NCBI RefSeq assembly: GCF_018977255.1
Contig: NW_024704743.1
Location: 97,464,001-97,528,000, forward strand
Origin: Callorhinchus milii
Lineage: Eukaryota
Reading direction: 5' to 3'
Length of the DNA stretch: 64,000 nt
Part shown: positions 12,300-23,141 of the stretch, piece by piece
Layout of the letters: each line of letters opens with the position of its first letter
How positions within the stretch are numbered: the stretch's first letter is position 1
Notes under the pieces: generated by a model
Database searches by the model: none
The model's input: only the letters and a program-made list of their open reading frames with translations
What the model was told of the DNA's origin: nothing
Position numbers and translations under genes: made by a program

Positions 12300-12870
12300 T
12301 GGTAGCCTCTAAGTCAGGAGGTTTTGAGTTCAAGGCTCGTGTCCAGGCTTTGAGCTCATATTCTATGATGATACTCCATTGTAGTACATAAGAACATAAG
12401 AAATGCTGGACGATAAAAGACCACGGTCCATCTAGTTCGCCTTCCACCTTCCTGGCGGTCGCATGCACATATGTCCCGAACTACCTATGTACTATATCCC
12501 ATAATGTTATTTCCTGAAAGGAAACTATCTAATCTGTGTTTGAAAGAATCAACACTTCCTGTTTCAACCATCTCCCCAGGGAGCCTGTTCCACAGGTTCA
12601 TTATTTGCTCCAGTACTGGGAGAGCACTGCATTATCAGAGGTGCCATTCTTCTGGATGAGACATTAAACTGATGTCTTGTCTGCCTGATCAGGTTGATGT
12701 TGGTGATCCTATGGCACTGTTTGAAAGAGAAAGGAGTTTCTCATGGTGTCATAGTGTGATTGGCCAACAATCCTCCAGATAAAATGAATCATTCATTCAA
12801 TTCATGGCTATGTTTGGGGACATTGCAGTGTGCAAATTGGCTATCACACTCACCCACAAACACACAGTCA
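12300..12870 (+). mobile_element. Deu-domain SINE split by a CR1 3' fragment (12387-12603, minus)
   Basis: tRNA-like head, then CAGTACTGGGAGAGCACTGCATTATCAGAGGTGCC...GATGAGACATTAAAC. The insert begins with the ACATAAGAACATAAGAA CR1 tail. Confidence 0.75.
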
Positions 12871-12987
12871 TGTTGGTAATAGCCAAGGCTTGCTGATGCC
12901 AAAGTGCAGTGGTATACAGCTGGAATTTGCTGTAGAGTGACTGTGCAGATTTGTAGGCAATTGCTGCAACCAGTTTGCATAAAGCAA

Positions 12988-13085
12988 TAAAACGCAAATA
13001 CTGCAGATGCTGGAAATCTGAAACAAAAACAGAGATACAAAAACAGTGTACACTCTGAGTGTTCCCAGCGATCTCTGGTTTTGTT
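12988..13085. mobile_element. Penelope-like remnant, two inverted pieces
   Basis: AAATACTGCAGATGCTGGAAATCTGAAACAAAAACAGAG followed by the opposite-strand piece CTGAGTGTTCCCAGCGATCTCTGGTTTTGTT. Related to 31545-31676. Confidence 0.6.
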
Positions 13086-13089
13086 GCAC

Positions 13090-13350
13090 AAAGCAGTGTT
13101 CCTCAAATAGACATGATCTGAATAACTAATGCACTTGGGTGATTGTTGGCCAGACCACTGGGAGAAACTCCCTTCTCTTTCAAATAGTATCATGAGACCT
13201 TTAATATCCCTCTCAAACAGGCAGATATATATCTCATCTAAAAGATGCTGTGCTCACTCAGTGCCACTGGACTGTGAGTATGAAATCCTGAAGTGGGGCT
13301 TAAACCTCAGAACCTTCTGAACCCATGCATGAGTGTTACCAACTGAGCCA
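13090..13350 (-). mobile_element. Deu-domain SINE, decayed
   Basis: TTGGCCAGACCACTGGGAGAAACTCCCTTCTCTTTCAAATAGT...CTCATCT...GAGTGTTACCAACTGAGCCA. Confidence 0.7.
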
Positions 13351-13959
13351 GCTACCATCATGGGCTGGATCCAGGCTTTGCTCCCCATTGCCTCTGCTGG
13401 TAAACATGGCACATAACTGATCCCTCCAGAACTGGAAATAATATATTTAAATGAAAGGTGATCAGAACTTATGCCCTCACAATTGGAAGTAGGCACTATA
13501 TATTTTCCTCCTGAGTGAATTATTCTATGAATGGTCAGATAATAAAGTGGCCGATTCTGCATGGGTATGGTGGCCTGTAATCCCGAATGCAGCAGGTGAA
13601 GATGAAGCTGTTGTGTTGCTTTGGTGAAACATTATGGTACCAATTCCTTCACAGTGTATGGCAGCACATGGGTTGGAACATGAAGCAGATTAATGTGTTT
13701 TGCGTAAACTATTGACATTTGCCACCTTTTTAAATTGGGTCACGTTCCCTTTTTAGTGACATTAAAAAGGATTTATTACCATGTTGTTCGTAGTGATGTT
13801 GACCCTTTAGCCATGGGTTAAAACGTTTTCTACTTAACAGGGTTCCTAAGGTTTTTTTTAGTATATTAGTTTTGTTCTGGTACTTATATTCTTCCACTGT
13901 GAACTGTCAGCCTTGCTTGCTGACTCTTGACATTAAACAGCATTGCAGAATAACCTGAA

Positions 13960-14112
13960 ACTCACTCTGGCAGTTTTCCTTGGAGCATAGTCTTCGTTCC
14001 TTTCCAAACACAGGGAAATTTCCATGTGTAGGTGGCATACATATGTGGCACTCTCAGTCTGGTTTGAATACACTTAAGCACAGTGATGAGTTTCCGTGAC
14101 ACCTGCTGACCC
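13960..14112 (+). repeat. Unclassified ancient interspersed repeat, copy 1 of 3
   Basis: GGGAAATTTCCATG...CAGT(C/T)TGGTTTG...TTTCCG core, also at about 17990-18120 and 37430-37595. Confidence 0.7.
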
Positions 14113-14287
14113 CAGAAAACTTTGCTGCCTGTGGTGAGTGCTAGAATTTTTTGTATCCCTTTTATTTGTCGTGAGCTTTATGTTAACCCATAATAATAAT
14201 AATAATAATAAAATTATTAACCCAAACCTAAACCTCTTAAAATATTCACTCACCCCTTGTCACTTTCAGGCTCTAAATTTCAATTAT

Positions 14288-15460
14288 GCTTGATTGGGCA
14301 GAGAAATATCAAATCAAATTTAATTCAGAAAACTGTGATATAATACATTTTGGGGGGAAGAAGAAGGCGAACAAGTACACGTTGGGTGGTAAAATACCAG
14401 AAGGAGTGAGAAGAGCAAAGAGACTTCCAAGCTATTGTCAGAGATGCTGTCAAGTGCTCTGGGACACTACCCTGTGTGAGGGGCACTACATATATGCAAG
14501 TTGTTATTGCTGTTGTTGTAATGTGCATAAATCCCTAAAAGTGGGAAGGCAGGTGGACAAAGCAGTCAAGAAAGCAAATGGAATCCTAGGGTTTTGTAAA
14601 TAGGGGCTTAGAATATAAAACCAAAGAGGCAATGATAAATTTATATAATAATAATCCTAATAATAATTCTTGCATTTGATAAAGTGCCTTATCACGTCTT
14701 CGAGACTTCTCAAAGCGCTTCACAGAATATACTGTAATGTGAATTAACTGTATATTTTGTAGGCGAAATGAGGCAACCAATTGTGCACAGCAGTGTCCCA
14801 CAAATAGTCGTGGATTGTAAATATAAATCATTAGTTGAACTTCATTACTATTTTATCCCGTACTGGTCACCCCACTTTAGGAAAAGCATTAAGGCGATAG
14901 AGGGGGTGCAGAGGAGCTTTACTACGATGATACCAGGGATGAGTAGTTTGGCCTATGGCCAGAGACTGGAGGAACTGGGACTTTTTCAATTGGAACAGGG
15001 AAGTTTGAGGGTAACCTGATAGAGGTCTTTAAAATTATGAGAGGTTTTCACAGAGTCAATAGGGAGAAATTATTTCTACTGATCGTTGAATAAATGACTA
15101 GAGGACATCAATTTAAGATTCAACCTCTACTTGTATAGTTAGATAATTAGCAGATGAGCAAATGGGAAGGTTAGGAAAAAATGTTTTACGCACACAGTTG
15201 TTAGGATATGGGATGCCTTGCTGGGCAAGCAATGGTTGATGCAGAATCTATTTGAGCTTCAAAAAGGCAACTGGGTAAATAAAACAACAACACAATTACA
15301 TTTGTATTGCGCCTTTCACGTCAGGAGGACACAAAAGGTGCTATACCTAAAAAGAAGTAAACTACAGAGGTAGGGGGAAAGGGGTTGTAAATGGGATTAA
15401 AATGATTGCTCTTAAAAGAACCAACACAGATGGCCTTCATTTGTGTTATAAATTTCTATG
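14288..15460 (+). mobile_element. CR1 ORF2 C-terminal pseudogene with nested L2 tails and a SINE (14645-14818, minus)
   Basis: Peptides [32 protein letters not shown] and YWSPHFRKSIKAIEGVQRSFTTMIPG...RLEELGLF. Confidence 0.9.
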
Positions 15461-15494
15461 GTTCGATGGCCTCCCCAACAATACCATCAGCAAG

Positions 15495-15930
15495 TTCGTC
15501 TCATCCAAAACTCTGCTACCAGCATTCTGACTCATGCAAAGTTCACAGGCCTGTCACCCCGGTTCTCATCAGGTTCCACTGGCTCCACATTTCCCAGTGG
15601 ATCAGCTTCAAGTTCCTCAATCTCACTTGGAAATCCCTTCATGTACTTGTGCTTCGAGACCTCTGTGATGTTCTTCATCCTCACTCTGTGCTCACCCCGA
15701 CCACTTGGCAAACTCGGGCCTGCTCCATGTCCCACAGTACACAATCTGCGGCCAAATCTCTCTATCTCTTTTCAAAAGCGATCTAAAAACCTACCTCATC
15801 AACAGTTATATATATTTTCTATAGTTACCTCCTACCTCCCCATACCCCACTTGGTGTCTGGCACCATTTATTTAAAGCACTTTGAGACATTACACGAAAG
15901 GCGCTATATAAATGTAAGTTACTGTTGTTC
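15495..15930 (+). mobile_element. Old L2 3' fragment
   Basis: LIQNSATSILT and VTPVLIRFHWL across a frameshift; L2 tail GAAAGGCGCTATATAAATGTAAGTT. Confidence 0.8.
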
Positions 15931-17089
15931 TTGACAACTAGTGTTATTTCTTGTGCTAAATGTGTGGGGATTGGATACGTCAGAAAGGATATGTTAAACA
16001 TTATTGTGTGTTTGACAGGGAAATAGTTAAAGAGGTATTGCTTTAATTTGTTTTGGTTTGCCAGGCAGTATGAGATGATTATGCAATTCATGTTGGAACG
16101 CAATGTTACGCACAGAAATATCATTGTGTCGGTTGCATGCAATGTCATCCCAACAAGAGTGATTGACTGCTGTTCTTCCAAAGCAACCGTACTGTCCCTT
16201 TAAGATAATGACAATGGAATTTTTTCACCCTCTGCCTGTCAGCGTCACTTTGATTAAAGTCGCTAAATCATATTCTACAATTTTGTACTTTATTAACAAT
16301 ATTCTATTATGTTGAAAACGAGGACAATGGAATCCTCAACTTCACTGTCAGGATCAGTCCAAGAGTGAGCACGAGTTTACACAGAACTCCCACCCACTCA
16401 TCCCTTTAACCTTAGCTTCCTCCTTCCACATTGTTGTCATCAAGACAAGTATCTCCATGGAAGTAACACTCAGTATTGGAAATGAAATACACGCAATACC
16501 AGATTGAAAGGTTCACCTAGTCAAATCATTGCTGATAACAATCACCTAATCAAGTCGACCATTAAGAAATGACTGCAGTTAGTTATAAGGAATGCAGTTA
16601 TTTACCTTTCAGCCATACTGAGAGAGGAATATCAATTCAATGCACTAGAAATTTACATTTATATATTGTGGCTTTCACATTGGGAGGACAACCCAAAGTG
16701 TTGACCATCCCAGGGTTTGCACCCGCGCTGGAGGCCAGGGAGAGGGGGAAGGAACAAGATGACCAAAAGAACAGGCAAAGAGGAAGGGCTTGAGATGAAC
16801 TTTGACATTCACAAAATAAAATATTATGTTGTATAGATAAACATACCGGTACCAGAGCAATGATACAAATCAGTGATGTAATGTCATAATTCCACTGATT
16901 AATATATCTAGTACTATAAAGTTACTTACAATTTTTTATCCTAATTTTAATAAAAAAAAGAGAGTGAAAAACACATTATAGAAGTTCACAGGACCAGAAA
17001 CAGTGACCATGATTGGGGTGTACCCACAACCTTGCAGCCACACTCACACCTGGCAGCTGTTCATTCTGGATCAGTTTGTCTCAATTGGG

Positions 17090-17422
17090 TGTGCTCTAGT
17101 CTGAGTCAGAAAGTAGTTCATTCAGGACCCATAAATTGAGACTTTGAATTCATAGTCTAGGCTGACACTCCAGTACAGTGGAGAAGCACTGCACTGTTAG
17201 AGGTGCTGTCCGTTGGATGATATAATAAACCGAGTGGTTGTTTGCCTGTTCAGGTTCGATGTTACAAATCCCATGGTTCTATTTGAAAAGAGGAGGGTAT
17301 CCTATCCCAACAATCCCCCAGATAAAATTTAGCATTAACTTTGTGGCAGTTTATGGGACATTGATGTGTGCAAATTGGTCTCTGTGTTTGTTCACAAATA
17401 CACAGTTGCTACACTTCATAGT
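17090..17422 (+). mobile_element. Deu-domain SINE
   Basis: CTGAGTCAGAA head; TAGGCTGACACTCCAGTACAGT...GCACTGCACTGTTAGAGGTGCTGTC...AAACCGAG. Confidence 0.75.
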
Positions 17423-18787
17423 AAAGCAGAAAGTCCAGCCCAACCAACATACTCATCCTTATCCCGGTGCAAGCAGTAAGAACCCTGTTGTAATGCGACA
17501 GGATACTTTTGCGTTATATTGGGTGACAGCTTGATATTTATTTTTCATTTAACCAATCTGATGCAAATATACAGCTTGTTGTAAATTGTTGTATCAATCA
17601 CAGGGAATTGAGAGTGATTTATTTTGATCAAACTTTCTATTGCTGCCTCTGGGCTGTGTGTCACAAAAGAATGTACACAGCATGTCCTTTCAAAGTGAAA
17701 GGTGCTATATCGAATAACAAGGAATAATTTTATGCTCTAAATGATTTCTGGCCTAAATGAATGAGTTTTACAAAGATGTTTGATAGTTAAAGATGTGCAT
17801 TTATACCACTTTACAGACAACTGTAATCAAATTCCTTTTTATTTTAATTTGTTTTGAATCAAAATTTTTCTGTTTAAATAAAAAAAATTCACCTGGTTAG
17901 ACACTCAGCAGCACCCCAATGCATACTCTGGGTTCTCCAAACTTTAGTTCTTGCCAAACTGTGCCTAAATGTTCCGTCATTAGGTGAGCAGCTTGCATGT
18001 CTCTGGGGAGAGAATGCACACTCCGTTCTGGACACAGGGAAATTTCCATGCATGCGTGGAAATCTCAAGCAGTTTGGTTTGGATACTCTTGAGAATAGTG
18101 GTGGGTTTCCGCATGTGACAAATAATACAAATTTACATTTATACAGCTTTTCACATCGGGAGGATGTCCCCAGACACACTACAAACAAAAGGAAATTTCT
18201 TCTAATATACGTTTCAGAGCCCTTAAAGAAAAAAATCTGTTTTATTTAATTCAGGCAATAATTTGTGTTATTTATTTCTGTTATGATATGGCATATATTT
18301 CAGGTATTATTTCCTTCAAGGAATCTCATCAAATTAGCCTCACATGTTTTGAAACTATCTGTTGTTTGTGGAGACGTGACACAATATGCTAACGTTTGAC
18401 CAAGTTTTGACTGTTTTCTGATTTTCTCAGGTTTCTGTCTCAGAGAGGAAAATTTATTACAGTCTAACTGGAACATTCTATGTGCAATATCACACAAGAA
18501 TGGCAAGTGGCAAAACAACTGCAAATGCAGTGTTCAAAAATATTTGTGTTTAACAAGAATTTTCTCGGAAAATGTTTGTGAGTTGCAGAACTAGAAATAC
18601 TTTACAAATAAATAAGTTGCAATTTTATTCCATTTGATTACTTTTTCTACATTTCACCCATTATGGGTCTTTGATGGTATTTCACATAGCAACACAATTT
18701 AAATTTGTACTTTTCAAAGGAAGTGAGCAGTAAATGAATTACAATTACAGTTTGCATTTATATAGCATCTTTCACATTGAGAGGACA

Positions 18788-19783
18788 ACAACAACAACAA
18801 GATTGCATTTATAGAGCGCCTTTCATGTTGGGAGGACGTCCCAAGGCGCTGGATAGTTGGGTCGGGACCCAAGCAGGGGGGAAATGGTCAGGGTGAGCGG
18901 AGGGAAGGGAGGGAACGAGGAGGGGGTAGAGAGTCGAGAAGGGAGGTGAAGGCATGGTTGAAGAGAAAAGTCTTGAGACCGGCCTTGAAGGAGGAAAGGG
19001 AGGAAACAAGGCGAAGGCACTGGGGGATAGAGTTCCAGAGCCTCGGGGCTGAGAGGCTGAAAGCCCGGCCACCGATGGTAGGGCGGTTGGGGCGGGGGAT
19101 GTGGAGCAGACCGGAGCCAGAGGAACGGAAGGTACGGGCAGGTAAGTAGAGGGATAGTAGGTCGGAGAGGTAGGAGGGAGCAAGGCCGTGAATGGCCTTG
19201 TAGGTGAGGATCTTGAATTTGATCCTCTGGGGGATGGGGAGCCAGTGGAGGCGAGCGAGGGTGGGAGTGATGTGGTCCCGAAGCCTGGTGCGGGACAGTA
19301 CACGAGCTGCAGAGTTCTGAATGACCTGCAGCTTGTGGAGGGAGGTGCCGGGAAGGCCCACGAGGAGAGAGTTCCCATAGTCCAGCCTTGAGGTGATAAA
19401 GGCGTGGACCAGTGTTTCAGCCGCGTGAGGGGTGAGGTAGTGCCGTAGTCTGGCGATGTTCCGCAGGTGGTGGAAGGCGGTGTCAGTTGTGCCGCGGATG
19501 TTGGGAAGAAAGGACAGCTCAGGGTCGAACAGAACCACGAGGTTCCTGACTGGCTTTGAGAGGTGGAGAGTGCAGCCTTGGATGCTGATGGTGTCAGCGC
19601 CTGAGGTGCGGAGGCGCTGACATGAGCCAATCAGGAGGGCCTTAGTTTTGCGCACATTGAGCTGAAGAAAGTTGTCTCTCGTTCAGGACTCAATGTCAGA
19701 CAGGCAGGCTGTCAGGACATCGGTGGTCGTGGAGTTGAGGGTAGAGGAGGAAAGGTAGAGTTAGGTGCCATCCACATACATGT
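18788..19783 (-). mobile_element. L2 LINE, 5'-truncated (about 1 kb), ORF2 C-terminus largely intact
   Basis: ORF 18888..19655 has ETLVHAFITSRLDYGNSLL, QNSAAR, HITPTLARLHWLP, GRAFS and PRLWN. Decayed YADD at the 5' end, (TTG)n tail, TSD AGGACA at 18782-18787 and 19787-19792. Confidence 0.95.
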
Positions 19784-21484
19784 TAAAGGACATCTTAAAA
19801 CACTTCATATAACACTTAGCAGGGAAGTTGAGGAAGAAAGGGAGGAAGATTGCCGAAAGCACCCTAAAAAAAATGGATTTTAAGGCAGGTTTTGAACGTG
19901 GGGAGAGAAATACTGAATCTGTATCCTTATGCCATTCATTTACAAATGAGATCATTAGAATTATTCTAAAAGCTTTGTTATTGTTATCAGGCTTTGTTGT
20001 GAACTCTGGAATTCTCTGCCTCAGTCGTTCCTCTTTGCCGACCTTCGGATCGTACCTGAAAACTTTCCTCTTCAACCATGCTTACAGTCACCTCGCCTTT
20101 CTCCCTGGCTTTGCGTCAAGCTCTGCCACTGTTAAGCACTGTTAAGATGTTACTTTGAGTGAAGCACACTGTATAAATGCAAGTTATTGTTTTTGTTGCA
20201 TTGGAAGGAATCTTAGATTTTTACAACTTTTGTAGTGCAATATGTTTACAAAAAACATTCTATCATATCTGATAGAACAAAATAATTGTTGTGAGTTGTA
20301 GAATGAATCCGAGCACATTTGTTTCTTTTACTCATGGCATCAATTGGAAATTCCTGTTCATGTCCTACAGCAATAGCTGGGCTCCCTAGTCCTTCTAAAA
20401 CTGGGGTGGTGAAAGAGCAAGAGAATTCAAGCAACAGATGGGATGCAACTACATTTAGCACATGTGGGAATTTTTGAAAGCTGACATCTCCATACTCTTC
20501 TTTTCTATTCTGGAGACTGGCATATTTTCATGTTCAGGGAATGCCATAAAGGTCGGGAGTAAATCAAAATTTGGCAGTGATCCAACCACAAAAAAAGTTC
20601 AGCATAGTAGCCTCCACTCTGCAGAGAGCCCTATGGAAAGTGTCGTAGAAAATACATGTCCTGTTGATGGTAGAGAAAGACGGAAGCTGGAAGCTAACGC
20701 ACATTTGGCACTCTACATTAACCATTGGTAAGTTGCCCGGGACAGGTAGGTTTCACATGCAGATTATCAGACTCCACTCCTGGAATCACTGGTGGCTTTA
20801 AGTGAAAGAATATCTGTATGCTGGAAAGTTTGCTTTAGATTGATTTATATATTTATGAATGAATAAGATGTGAAAAAGTACTGATATTTGTTTCCTATTA
20901 AATATTCAATAGGAAAGAGATATCAGAACTTTACCATGTCACGATTCTTTCCTAGCAAGCCATCGGTGTCATTGTTTGGAATTCTTAGAAGTGACTATGT
21001 TCATTGATGGATTCTCCACTGGGAGTTGTGTCAGTTCCAGTCGCTTTCCGAGACACTGCTGTGAAAGTCATGCTTCCAGGTGCATGATGCTGATACGGAT
21101 AACCCCCCATCCAATCAATTGAATATCAAAATTCAATGTGTCCCCAAAACAGATTCAACTGGATGCCCATTTCTGCATTCATAGTGTCAATGAGTAAGTG
21201 GTTTATGTGGCCGGACAATTGGAAAATTGGCCTGTTTTTGTTTTGGTTGAACCCTGAGAGGAACACATTTAAGCTGACAATCATACATGTGTATAGGTGA
21301 CATCCTCTGTTGGTACTGGAGGCACTTGCACAGCTGATCTCTCTATCTGAAAAAGCTAAATAAATGAATTCTGTTGCCAACAGCACAGCTTTCCCTACAT
21401 TTAACCAGGAAATAGTAAAAATATACAGGGAATTGATGTGAGCGAGATGGAACATTTTTATCCAGTATTTAATGTATGAGGTGT

Positions 21485-21803
21485 GGAGTCCTGTAGCTCA
21501 GTGGTTAGAGCATTCGCTTTACAAGCGAGAGACCTGAGTTCAATTCCAGGCAGGGCGAAACCTTGTGCAAGTTTCCTTACTCCACACGCCTAATAATAAT
21601 CCTTCCAAAAAAAAAATAATAAATTGGTCACTTCAATCCACGACTGTTTGTGGGACATTGCTGTGCGCAATTGGCTGCCGCGTTCGCCCACAAATATACA
21701 GTCAATTCACTTTACAGTATGTTCTGTGAAGCGCTTTGGGACGTCCTCTCGACGTGAAAAGCGCTATATCAAATGCAAGGATTATTATTATTATTATTAT
21801 TAT
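21485..21803 (+). mobile_element. Full-length tRNA-derived SINE
   Basis: A and B boxes, body and long (ATT)n tail. Confidence 0.95.
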
Positions 21804-21924
21804 GAGAAGTGTTACAACAACAACAGGAACAACTTGGATTTATATAGCGTCCTTAATGACAGACGGCATCTTGGAGCTATGTTAAATGTTTGAACACATA
21901 AATAACAAGAGCTATTTGGCAGAT

Positions 21925-22132
21925 AATGATAATAATAATAATAATAATTCTTGCATTTGATGTAGCACTTTTCACATCTTCTAGATATCTCAAAGCGCTT
22001 CATAGAATATGATGTAAAGTGAATTGACAGTATATTTGTGGGCGAAACGCAGCAGCCAATTGCGCACAGCAGTGTCCCACAAACAGTTATGGATTGACAA
22101 TGACCAATTTATTATTGTTTTGGAGGGATTAT
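21925..22132 (-). mobile_element. 5'-truncated young SINE
   Basis: Reverse complement of the SINE 3' two-thirds. Confidence 0.9.
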
Positions 22133-22166
22133 TATTATTATAATAATTAGAGATTCTCCATTAACT

Positions 22167-22490
22167 GAGTCCTGTAGCTCAGTGGTTAGAGCACTCGCTT
22201 TGCAAGTGAGAGACCTGAGTTCAATTCCAGGCAGGACGAAACCTTGGACAAGTTTCCTTACGCCACTCGCCTAGTAATAATCCCTCCAAAAAAACAAAAC
22301 AATAATAAATTGGTCATTTTCAACCCACGGCTGTTTGTGGGACACTGCTGTGCGCAATTGGCTGCCGTGTTTGCCCACAACTATACAGTCAATTCACTTT
22401 ACAGTATATTCTGCGAAGCGCTTTGGGACGTCTAGAAGACGTGAAAAGCGCTATATCAAATGCAAGGATTATTATTATAATTATAATTAT
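22167..22490 (+). mobile_element. Full-length tRNA-derived SINE (TAGAA-loop variant)
   Basis: A and B boxes; tail GGGACGTCTAGAAGACGTGAAAAGCGC. Confidence 0.93.
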
Positions 22491-22544
22491 CTAGATGGAA
22501 ACTGATCTATGCAGACCTTTAGGTTCTGTAGTTGTAACGTTGAT

Positions 22545-22790
22545 TTGCCCTAAGTTAGCGGATCTGCTCTGGAGCATCTTAGCGACCATGAGCTAGGAGG
22601 GGAAAATAAGACCGTGCTCCTTGATTGTATTTTAGTGACTCCTCCTGGAAAGTGCGCTTGTGTAAATGTCAAGGTCACACCGTATGCGGTGCAATTCATG
22701 GTTAAATCGCCAGTTGACATTCACTCTCTTGGCTCACACGTGAAAGATGTTCACTTGAGTGAAGTAAAGGAGGATGAACATGAAACTGCA
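22545..22790 (+). mobile_element. Ancient LmeSINE1-like SINE fragment
   Basis: GTTAGCGGATCT...GCTAGGAGGGGAAAA...GTGACTCCTCCTGGAAAGTGCGC...GGCTCACACGTGAA...CACTTGAGTGA matches my recollection of the LmeSINE1c-type consensus. Sister at 41205-41600. Confidence 0.55.
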
Positions 22791-22812
22791 CTGTGAGATT
22801 CAGTGAGACACA

Positions 22813-23141
22813 GTCAACAACTTATATTTGTAAAGCGCTTTTCATGTCGGGAGGACATCCCAAGGTGGTTGTCAGTTAGGGACTAGGACCTGAACTCAGG
22901 GTTGGGATCAGGAGGGTTGGAGGGCATGGAGGGCAGGTGTATAAGGGTAATCAAATGCATGGTTAAAGAGGAGGTTCTTGAGACCTGCATTAAAGGAGGC
23001 AAGGGAGGGAGCGAGGCAAAGGGAATGTAGGATGGAGATCCAAAGGGTGGGGGTAGAAAGGCTGAATGCCCGACCGCTGATGGTGGGGCAGGCCAGGCGG
23101 GGGACATGGAGCAGGCCAGAGCCTGCTGAGACCACATTCAG
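22813..23141 (-). mobile_element. L2 3' fragment with a long flanking duplication
   Basis: SAGSGLLHVPR...GRAFS...PTLW. Flanks GTGAGATTCAGTGAGACACA (22793-22812) and GTGAGGTTCAGTGAGACACA (23142-23161). Confidence 0.88.

Noticed and set aside
18809-19655. Long ORFs (273 and 255 aa) as host genes
   Set aside because: The 255-aa frame is truncated L2 ORF2 with no endonuclease or intact RT. The 273-aa frame is an overlapping shadow frame in GC-rich sequence.
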